A DNA stretch of 64,000 bases, taken from assembly GCA_051746725.1 (NCBI GenBank), contig JBNJFI010000003.1:5228-69227 (forward strand). Direction: 5' to 3'. The notes beneath the pieces are model-generated. The model was not told the DNA's origin and searched no databases. It was given only the letters and a program-made list of their open reading frames with translations. The DNA comes from Fusobacteriota bacterium (GTDB lineage: Bacteria > Fusobacteriota > Fusobacteriia > Fusobacteriales > JBNJFI01). Position 1 is the first letter of the stretch. Every line of letters starts with the position of its first letter. This document shows positions 26,484 to 35,617 of the stretch, piece by piece. A program made the position numbers and the translations under genes.

Positions 26484-27884
26484 GTGAAAAGTTTAGCAGT
26501 TAGAATTAAAAAAAATGCAACTAAGAAATTACAAAAGACGTTTAAGAAACATGATTATGAAATTAATTTTATAGATGAATTAGAAGAAATGTTTAATATA
26601 ATTGAAGATGGGAATACTGATGTTGTTATTTTAGATGGGGATCATTATAAATATGCAGAATTAATTGAAATAATAAAAAAAATAAAAACAGCTTCAAAAA
26701 AGGTTATAGTACTTGTTATAGGAGAACGAAGTTCTTTTAAAATTGTAGCTGGTTCAATTAAAAATGGAGCATATGATTATATATTAAAACCTATTGACTC
26801 TGTAAAAATCATGAAAATAGCTGAAAGAGCTATTAAAAACCAAAAGATTAAATCGGAAAAAGTTAAAGGCGAAAATATGATTTTAAAAGAAGATAAAATC
26901 ATTGGAACCACAAAAGAAATGGTTAATATATATAAATTAATAGGAAAAGTTTCAGAAAGCAGCATAACTACTTTAATTAATGGTGAAAGTGGTACAGGAA
27001 AGGAATTAATAGCAAAAGCTATACATAATTTTAGTGCTAATAAAAATATGCCTTTTGTTAAGATGAATTGCACATCAACGACAATGAAATCTTTCGAAAA
27101 AGAACTTTTTGGATATAAAACGGATGAGCATAACCAAAAATTAAGTAAATTTGAACTTGCTTATGGAGGAACTTTATTTTTAGAAGAGGTTTGTAATCTT
27201 GATTTGGAAATGCAATCTAAGCTATTAGAAACTATACAAAAAAATACGTTTCATAGAATCGGAGATACAAAGGAAAGAAAGCTTAATACAAGGATCATAG
27301 CATCATCAACTAAAAACTTAGAAGATATGATAGTAGAAGGAACTTTTAGAGATGATCTTTATCATAGATTAAAAGTAGTAGAATTTAACCTGCCTCCTTT
27401 AAGAGAAAGAAAAGATGATATAACACTTTTGATTAATTATTGGAGAAATTACTTTAATGATGTTTTAGAAAAAGATATTAAAGGTGTATCAAAATCAGCT
27501 ATGAAAAAAATGATGAGATATGATTGGCCTGGAAATATAAGTGAACTAAAAAATGCAGTAAAAAGCGCAATGGCAATTTGTAGAGGGGATACAATATTAA
27601 TTGAAGATCTTCCTGCTAATGTTATTAAAGCAAAGATTGCAAAGCGACATGGAGATATGCAAGACTGGGTATTAGCTGATTGGATAGAAGGAGAGATTAG
27701 TATATTAGAACAACAAGATACAGATGAACCTAATTATTACAATGGAGTAATTTCGAGGGTTGAACGTGAAGTTATTAGACAAACATTAGAAATTGCAAAT
27801 GGGAAAAAAGTAGAAACTGCTAGATTATTAGGAATAACGAGAAATACTTTGAGGTCAAAAATGAATAAATATGGTTTAGAGTAA
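26484..27884 (+). CDS. NtrC-like receiver-AAA+-Fis HTH regulator with degenerate motifs
   Basis: GAYDYILKP, GESGTGKE, FRDDLYHRL, WPGN, C-terminal ETARLLGITRNTLRSKM; lacks GAFTGA. Confidence 0.88.
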   Translation: MKSLAVRIKKNATKKLQKTFKKHDYEINFIDELEEMFNIIEDGNTDVVILDGDHYKYAELIEIIKKIKTASKKVIVLVIGERSSFKIVAGSIKNGAYDYILKPIDSVKIMKIAERAIKNQKIKSEKVKGENMILKEDKIIGTTKEMVNIYKLIGKVSESSITTLINGESGTGKELIAKAIHNFSANKNMPFVKMNCTSTTMKSFEKELFGYKTDEHNQKLSKFELAYGGTLFLEEVCNLDLEMQSKLLETIQKNTFHRIGDTKERKLNTRIIASSTKNLEDMIVEGTFRDDLYHRLKVVEFNLPPLRERKDDITLLINYWRNYFNDVLEKDIKGVSKSAMKKMMRYDWPGNISELKNAVKSAMAICRGDTILIEDLPANVIKAKIAKRHGDMQDWVLADWIEGEISILEQQDTDEPNYYNGVISRVEREVIRQTLEIANGKKVETARLLGITRNTLRSKMNKYGLE

Positions 27885-27896
27885 AGGAGCTACGTA

Positions 27897-29372
27897 ATGT
27901 ATAAAACATTATATAGAAAATATAGGCCTAAAAATTTTAATGAGATATATGGAGAAGATGATATAATAAGGGCTTTACAAAATAGTTTGAAAAATGATCA
28001 AACATCACATGCTTACTTATTTACAGGTCCAAGAGGAATAGGGAAAACTACAACTGCTCGACTAATGGCAAAGGCTTTAAACTGTGAAACAGGAGTAACA
28101 GATTCTCCTTGCAATAAGTGTAAAAATTGCAAAGGAATTGACAATGGAAACTTTTTTGATCTAATTGAAATTGATGCTGCATCCAATCGAGGAATTGATA
28201 AAATTAGAGAATTAAAAGAAAAAGTTAATTATAAACCTGTAGAAGGAAGAAAAAAAGTTTATATAATAGATGAGGTTCATATGCTTACAAAGGAAGCTTT
28301 TAATGCTCTTTTAAAAACTTTGGAAGAACCTCCTGAATATGTTGTGTTTGTTTTAGCAACAACAGAACCTTCAAAAATATTAGATACTATTATATCAAGA
28401 TGCCAAAGATATGATTTTAAACCTTTAAGCCAGGAAAAAACAGTTGAAGCATTAATGGAAATAAGCAAAAAAGAAAATATTAATATCGATATAGAAAGCC
28501 TGGAATTGATTCATATAAAATCTGGTGGAAGTTTGAGAGATGGAATCTCGATATTAGAAAAAGTTATTGCTTTTTATTATTCAGAAGATATTGATATTAC
28601 AAAGACAGAAAAAGCATTAGGGGTTATACCGAGAAAAAAGCTGGAAGAGTTTTTTGGAATAATCCAGGATAAAACAAAAACAGAAGGCTTATCATTTTTA
28701 GATAAGCTTTGGAGTGAAGGCATAGATATAGAAGAATTTTTAAAGGATTTTTCATTTTATATAAAAAATAAGATGATCAAATCTGAAGATGAATTAGAAA
28801 TAGAATTATATATTGAAATGATAGAAAATATTTATGGAGTTATCGATAAATTTAAATATGAGGAAGATAAAAGGTTATTAGGATATTTAATATTATATAA
28901 ATTAATGAGAGATAATAAAAATATTGAAAACCAAAAAAAAGTTACTTCACAGATCAACAGACAAGTTCAGCAAGAATCTCAAATAGAGGAAAGTCCTGTT
29001 GAAACTAAAAAAAATAATGTTAATATTCAGACTCCAATAAAGAACATAAAGAAAAAATGGGATGGTGTTTTAAAAGAGCTTAAGTCTCAAAAAATCTCTC
29101 TTTATGCTTTTTTGAATTCTGCATATCCAGATAGAATTCAAGACTCAAAGTTAGTTATTATTTTTCCATTTGAAAATAAATTTCATAAAACTTCCATGGA
29201 AAAGAGGAAAAATTATGATATTTTTTTAAAAATACTAGAAGACTTTTTTGGTGAAAGAATACAAGTAGAGTTTGAAATTGAAAATGGAAATTTAAAAAAG
29301 AAAAAAACTGATAATAAAATTTTAGATGATATAATAGACTTTTTTGATGGTGAAATCGTTGATATGAAATAG
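27897..29372 (+). CDS. dnaX: DNA polymerase III subunit gamma/tau
   Basis: LYRKYRP, GPRGIGKTT, Cys4 zinc motif, EIDAASNRG, IIDEVHML, SRCQ. Confidence 0.97.
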   Translation: MYKTLYRKYRPKNFNEIYGEDDIIRALQNSLKNDQTSHAYLFTGPRGIGKTTTARLMAKALNCETGVTDSPCNKCKNCKGIDNGNFFDLIEIDAASNRGIDKIRELKEKVNYKPVEGRKKVYIIDEVHMLTKEAFNALLKTLEEPPEYVVFVLATTEPSKILDTIISRCQRYDFKPLSQEKTVEALMEISKKENINIDIESLELIHIKSGGSLRDGISILEKVIAFYYSEDIDITKTEKALGVIPRKKLEEFFGIIQDKTKTEGLSFLDKLWSEGIDIEEFLKDFSFYIKNKMIKSEDELEIELYIEMIENIYGVIDKFKYEEDKRLLGYLILYKLMRDNKNIENQKKVTSQINRQVQQESQIEESPVETKKNNVNIQTPIKNIKKKWDGVLKELKSQKISLYAFLNSAYPDRIQDSKLVIIFPFENKFHKTSMEKRKNYDIFLKILEDFFGERIQVEFEIENGNLKKKKTDNKILDDIIDFFDGEIVDMK

Positions 29373-29390
29373 GTTTCAAAAAAGGGGGAG

Positions 29391-31088
29391 ATGAAAATGG
29401 GATCTTATATGGAATATATGTATTTAGAAAATTTAAGTACAAGGATGAGTTTGGATGAAAAGCTAAATGACATAAAACAGTTAGGAAAGTTAAGAAGTAA
29501 AGTTGCCATTCCAAAGTTAACAGAGTTAGCAAAAAATCCAGATCAAACTAAACAGATCAGAACTACTTCAATTTTAGCTTTAATTGAAATTGGAGATCAC
29601 TCTTTTCTAAAGGAGTTTGTGCCTTTTTCTGAGATCGAGGATCAAGATATTTTGGAATTACTTATAATAGCAATAGGTAAATTACATGCAATAGAACTTT
29701 TACCAGAATATAGTTCATTTATAGACTCTAAAAATAAAGATTTAAAACTTAAAATCCTAGATATTTTAAAGGGATTTGAAGATATTATAGCTGTAAAAGT
29801 TCTATTAGAATTTGTAAAAGATAAAGATTCCGAAATAAGAAATATCGCTAAAAACATTTTAAAGGAATCTAAAACTTTTCAAAATTATGTAACCCAATTA
29901 GATGAAACAGAAACACTTAATGTTATTACGTTAATTCCCAAACGTGAAGCTGAAAAATTAATTAATAAAATGATAAAAGAGACAGAAGACAAAAGAATTT
30001 TAAAAATATTGATTTCAGCTATAGGAGATTTGAAGTTAGAACATTCATTTAATTTATTAAAGAATTTATATAAAGTTCATGATATAAAAAGTCTGAGGCT
30101 TCATATAATAGATGCCTTAAATAAAACTAAAGATTTAAGGCATAAAGAATTTTACCTAGATTTACTTAATGCTCCAAATATAAATAGAGAGATTAAAGCA
30201 AAATTAATTTTTGCTTTAGAAAAATATCTTGATGATAGAGTAGTAGTAGAAGAAATTTTTGAAATAATCGAGAACAGTTCTCAATGGTGGATGTTAAGAA
30301 AAGTCTCTATCTTAGTCTTATCTAATAATTTAAATAAGAAAGATCTAGATAGGTTATTAGAAATATTGGAGACTGAAAAAGATAGTAGAGTTATTAGAAC
30401 TCTTATTGAAGTCATGGGAGAAGCTGGCGTATTTGAAGAAGAAAAATATATTAATATTGGTAGAAAATATTTAGATTCAGAAAGCAGTAGTGTCAAAAAA
30501 GTTACGATATTAGCTCTTTCAAAATTAGGAGATAAAAGTGTATTGGAAATTTTATTAAGAGATGAAAAGCTTCGAATTCAAATGTTGCCAGATTCTTTAA
30601 AAGCACTTACTAATTTTAATGATCCTAGAATAATTGAGATTCTTTTAGATAATTTAAATTCAGATGATGATGAATTAATAAAAATTTCAATTAATGGTTT
30701 GGCTCAATATAATGACAAAAAAATTGAAGAAAAGTTAATTAGATTTATACAAAAAGATGATACTAAAAGAGAATATAAAACAAAATTAATTATGATATTA
30801 TCTAATTATAAAACTGAAAAAGTTTCTAAGCTCTTCAAAAATATTTTGAATGATGAATCAGCATGGTGGATGCTAAAAAAAGTAGTAATTATAGCCATTG
30901 GAGAGCAAGAAAACTATAATTTGATAAAATCTATAATAAAGCACACTAAAAATTTAGATTCTCGAATATCAAAAAATGCAAAATATGTAGCAAAGCAATT
31001 TTATACAAATAAGTTATTAAGTGAGATAAAAGATAAAAAAAATCTTTATAATTTTGCCAAGGAATATATAGAAATATTTTCGTCATAA
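29391..31088 (+). CDS. HEAT-repeat protein
   Basis: Repeated HEAT-like units (SILALIEIGD, IIAIGKL, ILALSKLGD, IIAIGE) and a duplicated WWML motif. Confidence 0.8.
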   Translation: MKMGSYMEYMYLENLSTRMSLDEKLNDIKQLGKLRSKVAIPKLTELAKNPDQTKQIRTTSILALIEIGDHSFLKEFVPFSEIEDQDILELLIIAIGKLHAIELLPEYSSFIDSKNKDLKLKILDILKGFEDIIAVKVLLEFVKDKDSEIRNIAKNILKESKTFQNYVTQLDETETLNVITLIPKREAEKLINKMIKETEDKRILKILISAIGDLKLEHSFNLLKNLYKVHDIKSLRLHIIDALNKTKDLRHKEFYLDLLNAPNINREIKAKLIFALEKYLDDRVVVEEIFEIIENSSQWWMLRKVSILVLSNNLNKKDLDRLLEILETEKDSRVIRTLIEVMGEAGVFEEEKYINIGRKYLDSESSSVKKVTILALSKLGDKSVLEILLRDEKLRIQMLPDSLKALTNFNDPRIIEILLDNLNSDDDELIKISINGLAQYNDKKIEEKLIRFIQKDDTKREYKTKLIMILSNYKTEKVSKLFKNILNDESAWWMLKKVVIIAIGEQENYNLIKSIIKHTKNLDSRISKNAKYVAKQFYTNKLLSEIKDKKNLYNFAKEYIEIFSS

Positions 31089-31109
31089 ATAAAAATAATA
31101 CAGGGGGTA

Positions 31110-32804
31110 ATGATGACTGAATTAATTATTTTGATTATTGTTTTGATAGTAGTTTTATACTCAATTAAGTTGCTAAAGCAAAAAAGAAATCTCCACCAAA
31201 ACCTAGAAGAGTTAAAAGAAGAAAATCGAAAATTAGAAAAAGGGATATCAGCTTTTCATGATAAAGCCGCCTCTTCTATTAATAAAATTAGAAATTTAAA
31301 AAATGAAAGTGATTTAGAGACTTTTCAAGAAACAATGCTTGAAATGCTTATCGATTTAGACTTTGCTGAGGGAGGATATCTTTTAGAAAATAAAAATGGT
31401 AAACTAGAACTTTTTTCTCAAAAAGGAGATTTAGAGATATCAGATAAAATATTAAATTTAAACGCAAAAGATAATACGGATGCATGGGAATATTTAAAAA
31501 GAAATGAAGTGATACGCTTAAATGATCAAGATGAAAAAATACTTGATTTCATTTTGCAAGAGATAAATGATGGATATTTAATTACGTTAAAAGAAAGTCA
31601 AATTGACAAAAAAGATATTTTTAGCATAATTATAATATATGGTTCCCAAATGACAAGTACTTATTTAGAAAGCGATACCCTTTTTATGGAGTTTATCGTA
31701 ACAGAATTAGAATTAATGATTAATAATATTTTAAAGAATAAAGAATTGGAAAAAAGTAATAAAAAATTAACTGAAAAACTGTATAATCTTATGTCGCTTA
31801 ATTTTGCAGCAAAAATGATATCTTCGGAATTAGAATTTAAAGATATTTTTAAAAATTCTATAGATATGTTTATGGAAATAGGTGGTGCATATTCAGGAGC
31901 CTTTATGTATAGCAACGAAGATAAAAATCAACTCATAATAAAAAGTATAGCTGGCGATTTAGATAAAAAATATAAAAATCAAGAAGTCAAACTTTCAGAT
32001 GAGACTAAGAAGAAATTAAAAAATGTAAAAGATATTATAATTTTTAATAAAGATGCTGATATGGAATTATCTGAAGTTAAAAATAATGAAATCATAAAAA
32101 ATATAAAGGCAAAAATATATATTCCTATTTTTATAAAAGATTCTTTTTTAGGGGCAATTTTATTAGGAGAAAAACAAAATGAGCAGCCATATTCAAAAGA
32201 TAATATTGAATTATTAAATACGCTTTCGACTCAAGTGGGAGTTTCTTTAAATAATGCAAGGCTGTATAATTCAGCAATTCGAGATGGTATGACTAAATTA
32301 TATTTAAATACATACTTTAAAAGTCGGTTAGCTTCAGAAATTTACAGAAGTAGAAGATATGATAGTAATTTATCATTAATAATGATTGATATAGATCATT
32401 TTAAAAATTTCAATGATACTTATGGTCATCAAACAGGTGATAAAGTTTTAATTGAAGTTGCGAACATTTTAAAAGAAAATACAAGAAGTAGTGATATTGT
32501 TTCAAGATATGGAGGAGAAGAGTTTGCCATAATTCTTCCTGAAACGGGTATGGATTCTAGTAAAATAGTAGCTGAAAATATACGAAAAAAAGTCGAATCA
32601 AAAAAGATTAAAGATAAATCAAAGATACTTAGTGTAACAATTAGTTTAGGCATATTTACTTTAGAATCTGGGGAAAGTGAAATATCCGGGCAAGAATTCA
32701 TAGAAAATGCGGATAAAACCCTGTATTATTCAAAAGAAAATGGAAGAAATCAATTTAATCATTACGATGATGTAAAGGAGAAATTGGATGGAAAAGATTC
32801 TTAA
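31110..32804 (+). CDS. Membrane-anchored GAF-containing diguanylate cyclase
   Basis: N-terminal TM and coiled coil; GAF (LGAILLGEK...IELLNTLSTQVGVSLNNARLY); DIDHFKNFNDTYGH; I-site RSSD; GGEEF. Confidence 0.93.
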   Translation: MMTELIILIIVLIVVLYSIKLLKQKRNLHQNLEELKEENRKLEKGISAFHDKAASSINKIRNLKNESDLETFQETMLEMLIDLDFAEGGYLLENKNGKLELFSQKGDLEISDKILNLNAKDNTDAWEYLKRNEVIRLNDQDEKILDFILQEINDGYLITLKESQIDKKDIFSIIIIYGSQMTSTYLESDTLFMEFIVTELELMINNILKNKELEKSNKKLTEKLYNLMSLNFAAKMISSELEFKDIFKNSIDMFMEIGGAYSGAFMYSNEDKNQLIIKSIAGDLDKKYKNQEVKLSDETKKKLKNVKDIIIFNKDADMELSEVKNNEIIKNIKAKIYIPIFIKDSFLGAILLGEKQNEQPYSKDNIELLNTLSTQVGVSLNNARLYNSAIRDGMTKLYLNTYFKSRLASEIYRSRRYDSNLSLIMIDIDHFKNFNDTYGHQTGDKVLIEVANILKENTRSSDIVSRYGGEEFAIILPETGMDSSKIVAENIRKKVESKKIKDKSKILSVTISLGIFTLESGESEISGQEFIENADKTLYYSKENGRNQFNHYDDVKEKLDGKDS

Positions 32805-33849
32805 TAAAGGAGAAGAGGAAATATTAAAACAAATTAAAACCATAACAGAGTTAACGGCTGTTCCTGGAAATGAGATAAAGCGAGCTCAATATATCCAAAA
32901 GTTATTTTTTGAATATGGTAGCGAGCCACCTATTATTGATGTTCAAGGAAATGTTATAGGGAAATTATCTTCTAAAAGTTCCAAAGACCCGTTAATTTTA
33001 TTTGCTCATCTAGATAGTCATGAAAATACAAAAAAAGTAAAAATAACTCATACTCAATTAATAGGAGATGGACTTTTATCCAATGCAATTGGCTTATATA
33101 ATTTAGCGCTTATGATTAACGCCTTAAAAGATAAAGAAATATCTAGAGATATTTTTTTTATTGGAACTACTGGAGGCTTAACTAATTATAATGGGATAAA
33201 ATACTTTTTGAAAAACTTCAAAAAAGATATCAAGTCAATTATAAATATAAAAGGAAGTAGTTTAGGAGAATATCATAATGCAACAAATGCTTCTATGGAA
33301 ATTAAAGTTGAATTTGAAAAAGATGAGAGCTACCTTAAAAATAATGTTGTTTTAGGAATTGCAAACTTTATAAATAAAATAAAAGAAGAAGAATTTAATA
33401 AGGATTTATATTATCATATTAATAACATACGTACTGATTTAGAACATATAAATATACCGAATACAGGATCGATGACTCTTCGGTTAGAGGGAAAAACTTT
33501 GGAAATGATCAAAAGAAGTGAGTTAATACTCAAAAACATAAAAGAAGGAGTTTCACAAGAAGATAATATTGAAATATATTTTACAGAAAAAAATATACAT
33601 GGGGAAGTACTTGCAACTAATAATAAATTGCGAGATTACTATATTGAAGTTTTAAAAGGATTCAAAGTGAATTCAAAAAAAATTCTAAATTCAAATGAAA
33701 TTGAAATTCCTTTACAGAATGAAATTGATTCCATTTCGATCGGAGTTGCAAATGGGGGATATACTAGAGATGGAGAAGAGACTCTTGAAATAAAATCTAT
33801 ATACACAGGAACCAAAATTTTATATAAATATCTAGATAAATTACTTTAA
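32788..33849 (+). CDS. M20/M28 peptidase-fold protein, probably catalytically degenerate
   Basis: QGNVIG, FAHLD retained; the usual second Asp and Glu-Glu motif appear replaced (LSNAIG; TTGGL). Confidence 0.6.
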   Translation: MEKILNKGEEEILKQIKTITELTAVPGNEIKRAQYIQKLFFEYGSEPPIIDVQGNVIGKLSSKSSKDPLILFAHLDSHENTKKVKITHTQLIGDGLLSNAIGLYNLALMINALKDKEISRDIFFIGTTGGLTNYNGIKYFLKNFKKDIKSIINIKGSSLGEYHNATNASMEIKVEFEKDESYLKNNVVLGIANFINKIKEEEFNKDLYYHINNIRTDLEHINIPNTGSMTLRLEGKTLEMIKRSELILKNIKEGVSQEDNIEIYFTEKNIHGEVLATNNKLRDYYIEVLKGFKVNSKKILNSNEIEIPLQNEIDSISIGVANGGYTRDGEETLEIKSIYTGTKILYKYLDKLL

Positions 33850-33879
33850 TAAATGATTAGAAATGAGGAGTTGGATTAG

Positions 33880-34353
33880 TTGAATAATGTAAAAATATTA
33901 GAAGAAATCCAAAAAGACATAAACAATGATAATGCTTTAAAAGGGTTAGAAAAACTAGCAAATTATACTGATGAAAATGGTCCTATTGATTTTCAAGACA
34001 TAAAAAAAATTATATTTCCATTATTTGAAAGTGATAATAAATTTGTTAGAATTAAATTAACTGAAATTGCTCAAAGCTATAAAAGTAATGAAATATTACT
34101 TAAGTTAATAAAACTCATGAAAGAAGATGAAGATTACTTTGTCAGAGGTTTTGCTGCTAAAACTCTTGGAATGTTAGGTAATATAAGTGCTAAACCAGCT
34201 TTACAAGAGGCTTTAAATGATGATGAAAAATTTGTAACAGAATTTGCACAAAAATCATTGGAAAAATTAACAACAAAAGTTTCATTTAATAATAAAATTG
34301 CCTCTTTAAGGGCAAAGATGCAAGAAAAAAAGAAGATGAGTAAAAATGATTAA
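33880..34353 (+). CDS. Small HEAT-repeat protein
   Basis: DEDYFVRGFAAKTLGMLG, ALNDDEKFVTEFAQKSL. Confidence 0.8.
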   Translation: MNNVKILEEIQKDINNDNALKGLEKLANYTDENGPIDFQDIKKIIFPLFESDNKFVRIKLTEIAQSYKSNEILLKLIKLMKEDEDYFVRGFAAKTLGMLGNISAKPALQEALNDDEKFVTEFAQKSLEKLTTKVSFNNKIASLRAKMQEKKKMSKND

Positions 34354-35167
34354 TTTTGTAATGAAAAGTTTTTTAATGTATATAGTTTCAATGTTTTTTC
34401 CAATAATAGGGTTTTTTATCCCTATAATTGGAATAAAGGAGTTTAGGTCTAATAAAAAGAATAATATTCTAGTTGGTCATTTAATAATCTCTTTTTTGAT
34501 ATTATTATTATTCAATTTAAATTTTGTGATTCATTATATTTTTATTTATGTTGGAATGGAAATTATATTTATTTTTCTAGATAAAAAAAATAATTTTAAT
34601 ATATATCAAAAAGTGATAATAACTTCCTTAGTATTTACTATTTTCATAGGACTTTATATAAAAATAAATATTAATCAGATGGAACAAATATTAAATGAAA
34701 CCCAAAATATATATGTATCAAATTTTGGTTTTGATAAGGAAAATATAGAATTAGTAATGCAAACTCTGGAAAAATATTTTTTAAGCATAATTTTTATATA
34801 CTTCTTTTTTGAAAACTATATGATTTATTTTATTCTCAAAAAAGATCAGAAGAGTCAGTGGGATTTTAATTATTATTTATTACTCATATATATTTTAGTA
34901 TTTTTTCTAAAGAATATATTGCAATATAATAATAATTATATAATAAATATTTTACTAATATTGAAAATACCATATATTTTTTATGGTATAAGAAAAAGTT
35001 ATGAAAAACTAGAAAAAGTTATAAAAAATAAATTTCTAAGGTCATTGATGGTTATATCAGTTACGATGATATCTTATAATATTATGTTTATTATAGGGAG
35101 TATTATAAGTTTTAAAATTTTTAAGGAGGGAATTGAAGATGAAAGTAATATTACAAAAAGACATTAA
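34346..35167 (+). CDS. Multi-pass membrane protein (YybS/DUF2232-like)
   Basis: Multiple TM segments; overlaps the start of rplI as yybS-type genes do. Confidence 0.5.
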   Translation: MINFVMKSFLMYIVSMFFPIIGFFIPIIGIKEFRSNKKNNILVGHLIISFLILLLFNLNFVIHYIFIYVGMEIIFIFLDKKNNFNIYQKVIITSLVFTIFIGLYIKININQMEQILNETQNIYVSNFGFDKENIELVMQTLEKYFLSIIFIYFFFENYMIYFILKKDQKSQWDFNYYLLLIYILVFFLKNILQYNNNYIINILLILKIPYIFYGIRKSYEKLEKVIKNKFLRSLMVISVTMISYNIMFIIGSIISFKIFKEGIEDESNITKRH

Positions 35168-35588
35168 GGGAACTGGAAAAAAAGGTGAAATTGTTACTGC
35201 AAAAGAAGGATATGCTAGAAATTATTTAATTCCAAAAGGTTTAGCTAAGCAAGCAACTGATGGGAATTTAAAAAAATTTAAAAATAAGAAAAAAATGAAG
35301 AAGCAAAAAAAGAAAAGAATCAGACAGGAAGCAAAGGAACAAGCAGAAAATTTAAATGGTAAACAAGTCAAATTAAGATTAAAAGCTGGTAAAAATGGAA
35401 AAACATTTGGATCAGTAAGTAACAAAGATGTTGCAAGTCGTTTAAAAAAAGAATATGGAATCAAGATAGATAAGAAAAAAATTGAATTAGAAGAATCTCA
35501 TCTGAAAAATATAGGAACTTATGATGCAATAATAAAATTACACCCTGATGTAGAAACAAAGATAAAAGTTGTAATTGAAAGTGTTTAA
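35139..35588 (+). CDS. rplI: 50S ribosomal protein L9
   Basis: [44 protein letters not shown]; ATG 35139 after AAGGAGG. Confidence 0.97.
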   Translation: MKVILQKDIKGTGKKGEIVTAKEGYARNYLIPKGLAKQATDGNLKKFKNKKKMKKQKKKRIRQEAKEQAENLNGKQVKLRLKAGKNGKTFGSVSNKDVASRLKKEYGIKIDKKKIELEESHLKNIGTYDAIIKLHPDVETKIKVVIESV

Positions 35589-35617
35589 ACAGGAAAGTTA
35601 AGAAATTAGGAGGAAAA

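Noticed and set aside
25560-28000. sigma54 (-24/-12) promoter near the NtrC-like gene
   Set aside because: No TGGCAC-N5-TTGC match seen, and the intergenic gaps are too short
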